NCBI GenBank assembly: GCA_002245135.1
Contig: NGBS01000317.1
Coordinates: 62,001 to 90,367 of the forward strand
From: Proteromonas lacertae
Lineage: Eukaryota
DNA: 28,367 bases
Direction of reading: 5' to 3'
In this document: positions 1 to 13,200 of the stretch, in pieces
How positions within the stretch are numbered: position 1 is the first letter of the stretch
How the letters are laid out: the number at the start of each line of letters is the position of its first letter
Notes under the pieces: generated by a model
Database searches by the model: none
Told to the model about the DNA's origin: nothing
What the model saw: only the letters and a program-made list of their open reading frames with translations
Made by a program: the position numbers and the translations under genes

Positions 1-1
1 G

Positions 2-223
2 AACAGCATACTTTGGCATTTGAAAGTATATATTTTTAATAATTCTTATGTTATAGATATCGATTTTTCTGAGAGTGATATTAATGAAATTTGTTCATAT
101 TTACCATACCTAGACGAATTATGGTTTTTAAGATTTAAAAATTGTAGATTAAGTGAAAAGAGTGTTGAAATGATAAAGAAAAATGTGAAATTAATAAAGA
201 CTTTCCAAGAATTAATAATATAG
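2..223 (+). CDS. 5'-truncated fragment of a possible leucine-rich-repeat (RNI-like) protein; may be an exon or pseudogene remnant
   Basis: The frame is open from position 2 (NSILWHLKVYIFNN...). LPYLDELWFLRFKNCRLSEKSVEMIKKNVKLIKTFQELII fits the LxxLxxLxLxxCxL periodicity of RNI-type LRRs. Confidence 0.4.
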   Translation, partial: NSILWHLKVYIFNNSYVIDIDFSESDINEICSYLPYLDELWFLRFKNCRLSEKSVEMIKKNVKLIKTFQELII

Positions 224-1223
224 AAGTACTTGATATTTTGGTTTTATGCAGAGAATAAGCATATTTTAAATATTTTATTTAACTACATTATATAACATAA
301 TGCAGGTTTGATTAGATTATCATATAAATACCTTAATAAAACTGTAAATTTTCTTATTAAACCAATTAACTAATTCACATATTCAAATATCAGAATTTTC
401 TACAAAAACTAAGCTTTACTTCATTCTAAAAAAAAGAAAATGCAATTATTGATTTGAAGTGATCAAGCCTTAATCAAAGATTTTTCATTTTTTGAATTTA
501 TCTCTCTGTAGATAAATTTAGTATAGAAGATAAAACCAAAATATCATATAAATTCTACTTAAGTATATTATTTACATGTTTATTCCTTCATGGAGTAGTA
601 ATGAAATTAATCCAGTTATATCTAGATTAAAACAATGAAAACAGTCAAACAAAGAGCATGCGCTTAGATATATTGTTTTTGACATTCTTCTGAGAATTTC
701 GATTTATTTCAACATAATTTAATAAATATCACTTAAAAATATTTGTTACGCTTAATGTTTGTGGTACTTAATTCATCTGTAAGATTTATAATTGAATAAA
801 TGAATTAATTGAAATATAGAGTGTTTGAAATGAAAAGGACAATGTATATTATGAAAGTTATCGACTTATTGATTATGAATTATGTAAAGATTGGCATATA
901 AAACTATAATAAACAAATCTAAATTGATATTTTTACTTTTTTATTCAAGATAATATTATTTATACTATTAATTTATGATCTATTATAGAAATCGATTGAT
1001 TTACCATAACAATTATTTAGCCAAAAGTAATGTGAAAAACAAAAATGTCAACATTTAAAGAATAGTATTATATAATTATCCAATTTAGCAATATTGATGT
1101 TTTTACATTATGAAACCAGAAATAATCCACTCTAATATGTAAATCAAGCTGAATTAACACAAAACCGTTACAACAAAGTAACGACTATAATTTCGTTCTC
1201 AAAAATTCTTAGCCAATAAAATC

Positions 1224-4200
1224 ATGCATTTGATTGATTTTGTTTTTATTGCTATTCTTGTTACAGTAGGAGCTGAGAGCAGTGGCGTCTACTATAACAA
1301 GACAGTTGAGGTAGAAGTGGACTCAGGAGGTAACTACTATTTAGGTGTTAATTCGAAGAGTTACAAGATTGAAAATGCTGCCGAGTTCAAATTGGAATCT
1401 GGAATGAGTATATCAAGCTATGAGTTTGTTAAGATGAAGAGACAAGTTCATCTTCACTCTTATCAATACCTGCCAGAGTCAGAAGAGAATGAAAAACGTA
1501 TGCTTGGTAGTAGTGGATGGTCCAAAAATTTAGAAGGTAAAAGAAACATCCGAGTGAAAGTGTGGCGTATAATGTGGTCCATGGCTAGTAAATATGCTGG
1601 TGAATGTATTTCCACAGAGCTGATGAGAGAGTTATTGTTCCATGTAGATTATGCTGCTAGAATCTGGTCTGGAAATCGAGTTTCCGTAGATGCAAAGAAT
1701 TCTTTTATATCTGATTGTATTTATGCACTTGGTGAAACTGATTACTATTACGAGAGTGAAGCGCCTGCATTTGTTAGTATATTACAAGAAAGAGTTCCTG
1801 ATTTACCCGAAACTAGAGATAATTATGCTTCTGTTATCTATATGATAGGTCGAGTTCGAGTCACTGCAGGTGGTTGGGCAGGAATGGGTATAGTGAGTAA
1901 TTTTGGTACTTGGTCATCTCAAACAAATACAAAATGGACAATAGTGAATGGTTATGGTGGTTATCCAAATTGTCCTTGTTATTCAACTGCCCTTGTTCAT
2001 GAAATGCATCATAATATGGGATTTAGTCACAGTGGTAGAATAGAAGTAAGTAAAACTGGTCAATTCAATAATTTTGAATTATCCGATGGTTATGGTGATC
2101 ATGCATGTATAATGGGTGCTGGTGCTTGGTATCAACCAATTACAGCAAAACAATATTATTATAATGTAGTAGGCAAAGATCCTGAAAGCTGGTTTTGGAA
2201 GAAATTAAGTGATGTAGGTAATAATATAACTTATAGATTATATGCTTTTGATCATCCTTATTCAAGACATTATTTAGGTATTGACAAAGCTTATCATACT
2301 GATGATGAAAAAGTAGGAGAAATACCATTTAAATATCAAGGAATAGCGATAGAATTACCATTCAATAGAAGTAATATGATTAGCACAGCAAATCAGCAAT
2401 ATATCTCAACAATATTAGAATATCGTTATATTGGTTCAGGTCAATATTCTTGGAAAGACAAATCTGTTCGAGTATTATGGGGACCATCAACTAATCCAAT
2501 AAAAGGAATATTAGATGATTTATTAGATGCTGATATAGATGGAATATCTGGTGGAGATAAAGGCTATGGTGATTCTCAAATCCCATTAGGTGTAAAATGG
2601 GTTCCAAGAAATATTGATATTGGTACAATGAGTGTTTTAGTAAAGAGAATTCATTGGAGTAAAATTCAATCTAATACATATGAGAATATAGGAAGTGAAG
2701 AGAAGACAGAATATGATGAACCACAATATGTTGAAATTGAAATTGATTATCAACCTGGTGAGAAATATACAAAACCAACAACAGCTGTTCCATTTCCAAC
2801 TTATGAACAATCACCAACAATAGCAAATTGTGTTTCAGATGAAAATGCAAAAACCATTAAATGTGAAAAATATAGTGAATCTTATTGGTTTTATTCCAAA
2901 CCAGAATCAAGAAAAGATAATGTTCCTCGTGTTTATTCAAAAGAAGTAGCAACTAATGGTCGAATTGGATTTGTTTCTTATTTAGGTAAATCAGTAAATC
3001 CTCATAAACACTGTTTTGGTGAAACAATAAATCATCTATGTGTTGATATAACAACAACTAAGATAACATCGAATGATATTTCGAATGTAAATATTTGGTC
3101 AAGTGTAAATGTTTATACGAAAGAAAAAGCATCTGATCCAGATACATCATATAAATATGTAAATCATGAAAATGTATTATATGCGAAAGTAACATTAGCA
3201 GATGGAGATAAATTAAAGATGATTGATTTATATGGAAACGAAATAAGCATAAATAACAGTAATATAATTGGTGGTTATTTGAATTACAATATTCCTGATT
3301 TAAAAACTACTGGCTTTAGTGAGATAATCTTATTATTAACTGATAGTAATGGTAAAGTAAAAGGTTCTAATGCATTTGATGTATATCAATACAATAGTAC
3401 TGCGAGAATAGCCTTTTATAAAGATGTTGATGATGAAAACAAGTATATATTAACCTCAGCAACAATTCCACCCAATCTTCATTCACTTCCAAGTATGATG
3501 AATAGTAAATTAATGAAAGCTAATGAAAAATTGATATATCCAATAGTGTCATTGAATAAGAATGATTATATTTATATTGATTTTGAAGGAGTAGTTCCAT
3601 CTGGTTTGAGTGTGAAGATAGAAACAGATAATGGTGATTATGATTTAGATTTAAGCAAGTTAGGTGGAAATAGTGATGTTTCTTATAAATTAAGTTGTTA
3701 TGAAACAAACAAAGCAACAGGTGGTATTTGTGAATATTATTCATTTACATTCAACAAAAATGTGACATTATTGAATATAAGAGCAGTAATGATGAATAAA
3801 TATGGAAATAGTTTTAGTTATCGATCTAATGGAAAGAGTGAATATACTTTTGATGGTAAAAGATATAAAGTAGAAATAAATGAAATAAAATCAACAATCT
3901 TCACTCCATTCAAAAGAACAATTGGTGGTGTAGAATATGAATTTGATAAAATAGATAGAATATATGAATTAGGAAATAATAAAATACCAACAATTGCTCC
4001 AACTCCAAAACCTGAAGAGATAATCCCAATAATTTTACATCAAAGTGAAAGTATAAACAAGAGAATAATGGAAGGTGATAAAATAAATTCATGTAGAGTT
4101 GAACCTGATTTACCAGCTGGAATCTCGTTATCTGATAAATGTGAATTATATGGTGTTAGTAATGGTTATATGGATGAAGAAACCTATCGATTATATTATA

Positions 4201-7200
4201 GAGAGAATGAAATATCCAAAGAAGTATTAATATCAATAATAATCTATAATGAGAATGTGGAATGTAGTTATGGTGTAGATGAAAACACAATTCGAATTGC
4301 TGGTAGTACAAGATTTAAAATCGAAGGTCCAAAATGTAATGGTCCAATCAAATCATTTTCAGTTGAAAATTTACCTGTGAGTATAAAATTCAATGAAAGT
4401 GATGGTTCATTATACACAATTGGTTCAAATGAAAGATTAAATCCAACAAATGTAATAGTTTATTATGAGACAGATGTGAAGAAGAAGAGTATTAGTTTGA
4501 CTTTATCAATAATTGAAGAATTTGTGGAATCTTATTCTAGTCCAGTTCAACATTTAGAATATATAAGTGATTATTTGATATTAATGAGTGTAAATGATGT
4601 TTATTATATTCCAAGTTACAGTGGTAAAATAACCGAATGTAAATCATTGACCAAATTACCTGATGGAATAATGATAGATAATAATAACTGTAAAATCAAT
4701 TCAACGAAAGATGTAAGTGAAAATAAAGAAAGTATAATGTTTATTCAAGGCAAGAATCAATACAGTTCTTCAACAACAAGAGTTCGAATAGTTCAAATGA
4801 AATCTGATGAAAAGAATATGATAGAAGGTTGGATTAGTAATTATTACAAAGATAAAGTAGGTCAATGTAATGGAAGATATCGAGCTAGTAGATATGATTC
4901 TGTATTGAAATATAGTCGAATAGAAGATTCAATCAATTATGAAGAAGGTTCAATGTATTGGCCTAAATTAGGCTATAAATTAGAACAAGAATCCTTTGTA
5001 AGTCGAAAAGGTATAATCTTCAGTAAAAAGACAGGAACTTGGGTATTAGGTGTAAAAGGAAGTGGTTCAACTCATTTTGGTGTTTCAAATGAAATATTAG
5101 ATGGTCGAAGTTTTATTCCATCATGTGATGTAAAGAAAGCTGAAGAAAAGACTAAAACAATCAAAGAAGGTGGTCATATGTTCTTTTATGAAGAAAGTCG
5201 AGATATAACTGATAAACCATTAAGTAATGTATTTTATGTGGGTAAAAACTTTGAAGGAATTCCAGTAGGAACAATATTAGATAAGAAATATGTAAAACAT
5301 TTAATAAGTAATGAAGTAGAATATAAATATTCATATGCAATCTATCCTCGTAATGTAAAGATTCCTGATAATAATCCATTGTTTTTATATAAAGATAAGA
5401 AATATAGTTTTATTAGTGATAAAGTATTACCATCTAGGATTGAAATTAGATATGAAGAGTGGAATAATAAGTGGAACTCCTCGAAGTGTAGTAGAAGTAT
5501 CTGAATATAAAATCGAAGTTCGAAATACTGAAAATAATGAAGTCTTTATGATAAAAATACATATAGGTGTAGAAGAGATAAAAGAAAGTAATCCATTCAA
5601 CTGTGAGATTAACAATAAAGAAATATTGCAATATAATGAAATAACACCAATCAATTGTTCGAAATCTGATGTAGAAGGTTATTATTATTCAAGTAGATTA
5701 CCAAAAGGCTTAGAAATATCTGAAAATGGAATAATAAGTGGAATTGCAACTGAAGTGGTAGATAATATGAAAGTGACAGTTTATCGATATACTCCAAACA
5801 GTTTAGATAAAGCTGATATTGTATTAACAGTGAAACAAAATAACAAATATAATTATTGGTTAAAACTAGTATATGTAAGTGAGAATGACTGTATGGTATA
5901 TAAACTAAGTCATAATGGTAAAGAAATATTTACAAGTGAAGAATCAATGAAGGGTAAAAGATATGAAATAATAAAAGGTTTTACTGATTTCGATGGTACA
6001 ACTGGTTATAAATTAGAAATATTAGGTTCTTACAATATAAGTGGTTCATATGAATTATTAATAAATGGATTGACAATAAAGAATGAACAATTTATTGAAA
6101 AAGAATATTTAGATTATTCATTTGATTTATCGAATGAAGGAAAACCAAAAGTGAATTATAAAACATTAATAACTCCATTTCGATGTGGTTCATATTCCTA
6201 TTATGGTCCATCTTCAATCAAGAATGGTGTTTCTTATTTCAAAACTGACTATATTCCCAAAGGGTTAGAATTTAACAGTGAAACAGGTGTATTTGATGGT
6301 TATGTAAATGAAATCTTGATTGGTAAAGAAGTAAGTATAATTGCAGTAAATCCAAATGGAGAAAGTGAAGTAAAGATATATTTAACATCTGAATGTGAAA
6401 ATAAATATCCCAAAGTATCATATGAAAGTAAAACATATAGAATAGGTGAAGAAATCTATATAGAACCAGTTGAAATGACCTGTGATAAAATTGAAAGTGA
6501 TAATTTACCTGAATCATTATGGATGAATGAAATTGGTGAAATAAGAGGAGTATTATGTGAAAAAGGAGAATATTTAATAAATGTAAAATGTATAGGTGAA
6601 AAAGTGAAAATGAATAATGTCAAGATAACTGTTGAAGGTGAATGTGGAAGTGGAGAAGAAATGATAAAAATTCAAGCCAAGAATTACATAGGTGATTATT
6701 TAATGAAATTGAATGTGAGTGACACAGTAGAAAAGAAGATAATGGAATTCAATTCATCAAGTGTCGAATCAAATGAAATCTATACAATGTGTAAATGTGT
6801 AGATAAAAGTAAAGAATATATATTATATGGTGAATGTAAAGTAGATTCAAATGGTTGGTATCGAATATATTATGGAGATAAAGAATTATATAAAGTAGGA
6901 AATATGAACAAAGTGATAGAAGATCGAATTGAAGTAAAGAGTGAGAAAAGTCTACCAAATATAATATATGAATATTCTGATATGTTATATTTCAGTTTGA
7001 ATTATGAAGAAGTGTTTATGCCAATAAAGATCGAAAATGGAGCAGATAAAATTGAAATAACAAATGTTGATAAATTACCTTCTTCAATATCCTTTGATTG
7101 TAAAACAGGAATATTTAGTGGAAAACCAAGTGAAAAATTTGATGATGTTGAAATAAGAATTCACTTAGAGAATAGTAAAACAAACCAAAAGAGAGATAAA

Positions 7201-10200
7201 ACAGTGAAATTAAGTTCAGGTGAATGTGGTCATCATCGAATGTTATTAGATTATAATCTTAGAATAGGTGTAAATTCTAATTATGGTTTGAAAGCTGATG
7301 AATTGGGAATAGTAAGTAGTTCAATAAAGAATAAAGGAGATGTTGAAATCTACAAATATACCAAAGAAAATACGAAAGCTGATGATAATATAAAGAGATT
7401 ATGTGTATTAAAAGGATCAAGTGAAATAATATTATCTAGTTTAGATGATAATAGTACTCGATGGAATGCAAGTGAATTAATAATAAGTACAATGAATGGA
7501 GTTGAAATATTCCGAAATTACAAAGAAGGAAATATAAGTAAAGAAGTGAATGTAAACTATGAAAATTATGTAGAAAAATCTGAGATATCATACAGTGATG
7601 TTGTTCAAAAAGATGAAAAATGGAAGAAAGATGCAAGTGGTTTTACCAAATTAGAATCATCTCCATTACCTGATTTAAAAGTTGATAAAAGATATTATGT
7701 AATAACAATAGATTTAAATGAAATGAATATGAAAGATAGTGTATTATTTGATTTGAGAATGATATTAAATGGGAAATCAATAATGTATATGAATGGAGTT
7801 GAATTCTATGAAAGTCGATCAGAAACTGCAAGTGAGAATGATGAATATAAGATATTAGGCAATATTGAATTATTGAATATTGGATTAAACTATTTATCAA
7901 TTGAAATGACAACTAAGTCTGGAAATAAAGATAATATGAAATTGAATGGTTTTTACATAATAAGTGGAAATAATAACTGTGGATATAATCGAATCTATGA
8001 TTATTCTGATTCAAATGTAGTAACACAACAAAGTGGTATTTCATATGATCAAAATGTGTATAAAATGTTTGATAATAATTACAAAACGAAATATTCTGCT
8101 TCAGCAAAGAGTGTTGATATTTCTTATTATTATAAAGAAACCGAATCAGTGTATTTCAATGGAATAATAATCACAACTGGTTCAGATATTAATCGAGTTC
8201 CAACTTCAATAACATTGAAAGGATATGATAAATCTAATGCAACAAGTGAAATAGTTAAAGAGAGTGGTTTAAAAAATATAATAAAAGTACCACTTCAGAG
8301 ATATTCCTTTGAAAAAGATAATGATAATAATAATATGTCCTATTATGGATTTGAATTGTTAAGTGATGGAGTAAGTGGTGTAGAATATGCTGATATTTAT
8401 ACATTGAGTTGTAAACATCATTGTCTTGCTAATAATGAATGGCCATTAACAGCTGGTGAAACATTAGCAAAAGTGAAATGTATATCAGGAAAGACAGATC
8501 AAGAAATGTTTAGATATTGTAATTCTGATTTAGTTTGGGAAGAAATCAATGATATTCGATGTAAAGATAAAGTAATTGAATATGGTGAATTAAATGGAGT
8601 AATAGGTGAAGAAATAATTCATTATCCAACGAAATTCAATTGTGAAAAAGTGAATCATAATTTACCCAAATCATTATCAATTGATAAGAATGGAGTAATT
8701 CGAGGTAAATTCTATTCAAGTTATACTCAAGATATAGCATTAACCTGTGAAGTAACAGGTCAAGCAAGTGTTGATCATGTTTTAAAGATTAATGTTCCAG
8801 ATTGTAAAGCAGATGAATCAGTATTTGGATTTAGTGTGTTAGTAGAATATATCGATGATTTAGTGTCTATAAATATAACCAATGAATCAAATGAAGCAAT
8901 ATTGATGATAGATAGATCAAGTATAACTGAGAATGAATTATTCAGAATGGGTAAATGTGTAAAATCTGGTGATTATAAAATCAATATAGTGAGTTTACAT
9001 AATGAGATAGGTTGGTATAAGATCTATTATGAGAATGATATACTTTATAAATTTGGTCGAATTAACAATGATGTTCATGAAAAAGTGATCTTGAAAAGAT
9101 CAAGTGGTAAACCAATAATAAGATATGCTTATACAGATAAATTATATTTCAGTATTGATTATGAAGAAGAATTTATTCCAGTGGAAATCGAGAATGGAGC
9201 AGATGAATTTTCAATCGAAGATTCTTCTTTATTATGTAATGGAACAGAATTTGATAAAACAACAGGAACAATAAGTGGTTTATCTAGATTAGAATGTCAA
9301 TCAAGAACATTAAAAATAAGTGCAAAGAATAGTTATAGTGGAGAAAGTAATAGTCAAGAAGTAGTAGAAGAAGCTGATTTATGTGGACATCATAGATATC
9401 TAGTTGGATTTACCTTAGTAAGTGCAGTATTGAAAGATGCAAACAAGAAAGTGTTATGGAGTGAATATGATCGAACTAATGCTCGAGTATTTGATTCAAG
9501 TGCAGGATTATTATATACATTTGGTGATTTAAAAGGAGAGATAGATAGTCGAGGATATTGTACAATAGGTGGAGTTGGTAAAGTGACATTATCGAGTTTA
9601 GATGGAAATAATTGGCAAGCCAGTGATATGACAGTAGCAGCTAGTTTTGTGGAATTAATGAGAGATTATAATCATGATGGAAATGATATAACCTATATAG
9701 TGAATTATAATAACTATATAAATGATAGTTGTATAATCTATTATACTGATAATGAACAAACAAATGATGATTGGATTATAAGTAAAGATACAACTGGTTG
9801 GAGTAGTACAACCAAAAAAGATGGAAAATTCGAAGCACTTGGTGATTCAAAGAGATATTATAAATTATTAATCGATATAAATAAAAAGAATGCTAATATG
9901 AGAGATAGTGTATTATTTGATTTAAGAATTCAATTAAATGGTAAAAGTACAATGTATATGAATGGAATAAAATTCTTTGAGAATACTCCGAATATTAAAT
10001 CTGATGCTAATGATCGAATATCTAAAATTCGAGCTCCAATCGAGTTTATGCCAATGGGAATAAATGTCTTAACAATCGAAATGGAAACTGTGAAAAGTCA
10101 AGCTGATTTAGCAAAATTTGTTGGATTATTTATAGTAGGTGGAGAAAATAGATGTGCTTATACAAAAGTAGTTCCCACCAGTGTTGATTTTGACAAAAAT

Positions 10201-13200
10201 TCAGTAAAATGTAACCCAGATTGTACAATTACTGGTGATGTTAAAACTAATAGTATATATCGAGTATTTGATCAAGATGGTTTAACAGGAGTATCAAGAA
10301 AAAGTGGTTATATAAGATTGAATTTCACAGATGGTTGGTCAGTATATTTCAATGGATTTTATTATGCTTCTCATAAATCCGAAATTACTCCAACAAAAAT
10401 AAGATTTAGTGGATTAGACAATGAAGGTAAATATAATGTATTAAATGATTATGAAAATCTTGAATTAGATGGTTCATATCAACGATATGGTTATTCTGAG
10501 ATAAATGATTTGCCATTAATGCCATTAAATGGATTTGAATTTGAATATTCGAGAGAAGATAATAAAGATATTGGTATAGCTGAAATCGCTCCTTATACCT
10601 GTCGACAAAGATGTTTTGTAGATGGTGAATGGAAACCAACACTGATAGGTACATATTTATCATTCAAATGTAAGAAACACTCAACATATGAAAGAAAGCG
10701 ATATTGTAATGATGATTATGAATGGGATGAAATCGAAGATAATTGTCCATCTAAAGAAAGTTCATTTATAACATTTGATGATAAATTAGAATATGAAGTA
10801 GGTAAAATAATAATAAAACCCAAAACAATGAATTGTGAAAGTTTATCATTTACTTTACCAACTGGATTGAAATTTGATGAAAATAATGATGTAATAATAG
10901 GAAATGTATTTATTGGAGGTGATTATGAAATAAAAGCCACATGTGATGAAAAATTAACAACAGCAAAATTAACAGTAAATGCCTGTAAAAATGGATATCA
11001 AAGTGTCTTATTGAGATATTTAATAGATAATCCAAATGAAATAACCAAATTAGAATTGATGAATAGTAATAATGAAGTTGTATATAATATAAGTAATACT
11101 GAAATGAAATCGAATGAAGAAATGGAATTTGTTCAGTGTTTAAAATCTGATATTTATAGGTTAAATATTATGAGTAAAATTGATAATAATGGATGGTATG
11201 AATTACATTATGCAACATCATTGGTTAAATATGGAAATATAAAAAAGAATATAGAAACAGAGTTTAATGTAAAAACAGAAAATTTAAAACCATATATAAT
11301 GTATGAATATGATATATTGAGTTTTAAAGAAGAAAGTGAGTATATTCCAACTGAAATTGAAAATGGAGCAGATGTGATGACAGTAGAAGGAACAATACCA
11401 GCTGGTATAACATTTGATGATAAAAAAGGAATAATAAAAGGAAAATTATCTTTAGATGCAATATTAACCATCAATATAAAGAACACTGTAACAAAATTAG
11501 AAAATACTCAAACAATAAAATTAACATCAAAATGTGAAAGTGGTAAATCAAGTTATAACTTTAATCTAAATTATAATAATATTGATAATGCTGAAGTTAT
11601 AGTTACAATAAATGGAACTGAAACAAAACTGAATAGTCTCAATACAAATGCAAATTTCTGTGTAAATGGATTAGCAAAAGTTAAGTTTAATTCGTTTGCA
11701 GCTTATAAGTTATCCGAATTTGTATTAACAACACCAGAAGGAGTTGAAATAATTAGAGATAATTTAGCTTATAGGGGTATGGAGGTTTTTGGTGTAAGTT
11801 TAAGAAATTACTTATCCTCATCAACAGTTGTATATTATACAGATACAATACAGAATAATGAAGAATGGTTGAATAATAATTATTATAAAGAATGGAATAA
11901 AGGCTATAATCATGAGAATTTATTATCATTATCATCAACTAAGAGATATTACAATATTCCAATCAATTTAAATGGAGTTGAAGATGAATATAAAAATATG
12001 ATATTATTTGATTTAAGATTGAAAGTAAATGGTGAAATAAAGATGTATGTAAATGGAGTAAAATTCCATGAAAGTACAAAATCTTCAACAACCGAAATAT
12101 TAAAAATCAGAGGTCCATCTAAATTATTTAATATGGGAGAGAATATATTATCAATCGAAATGACAGCTAAAGAAGGTAATAAGAATGAAATATTCAAATT
12201 AGAAAGTTTATATTTCACGTATATGTTTAGTCAATTAAGAAATGAAGTAAATGGAGTATGTGGTTTTAGTAAGATAATTGATTTTAATGAAGCAAATATT
12301 GAAGGAAGTGTTGAAGGAACAACTGACCATCCATTAACCAATATATTCCAAAATGATTATAGTAAATATGCCACAGTAAATAGCAATACAGGATATGTGA
12401 GTTATACATATTCATCAACAGAATATCAATATTTTACTGGAATACAATACAAAGCACCATCAGATAATTCAAATCCAGTAACAAAATTCAAATTCTATGG
12501 AATAAATGAAGATGGTTCAACTGAAATAATAGGTGAAAAGAATGAATTAAGTTTAGTTGCATATACATCTTATTTAACATCAAATGATGCATTACCAATC
12601 AAAACTTATCATGGATATAAATTTGAATATGAAGGAACTAATCCAATCAATGTAGGTCAAGTATTAGCAGTTACATGTAAAACCAAATGTCCAAAATTGG
12701 GAATATGGCCTGAAACAGCACCAGGTGTAGAAATATCATTACCATGTGAAACAGATCCAACAAAGAATATGACAAGAGAATGTTCAAAAGCTGTATTTTG
12801 GTATAATGTTGATTATAAACAATGTCCAAAACCAACAGAAACACCAACAACTCCAAAGACAACAACATTACCTCCCACAACAGAAACACCAACTCCATCA
12901 CCAACAGATCCTCAACCAACATGTCCAGCATATATCATTCCAAAACCAACAACTCCAGCACCATCATCAGATAATACAAAACCACCTGAAAATGCAACAG
13001 TAACATTAAAAATAACATTAAAAAATGTTGCAAATGTAACAGCTGAGAATACATTAAATGAAGAAGAAATAAAAGCCATTAAACTATCAATAATGGATAT
13101 GTATAGAGTGAAAGGAATAATTTTAAGAGAAATTGATATAGAAGTGAAAATTAATTCAAAGAGAGAAAGATTATTAGCTGATAATTTGTCTGATCTTGAA

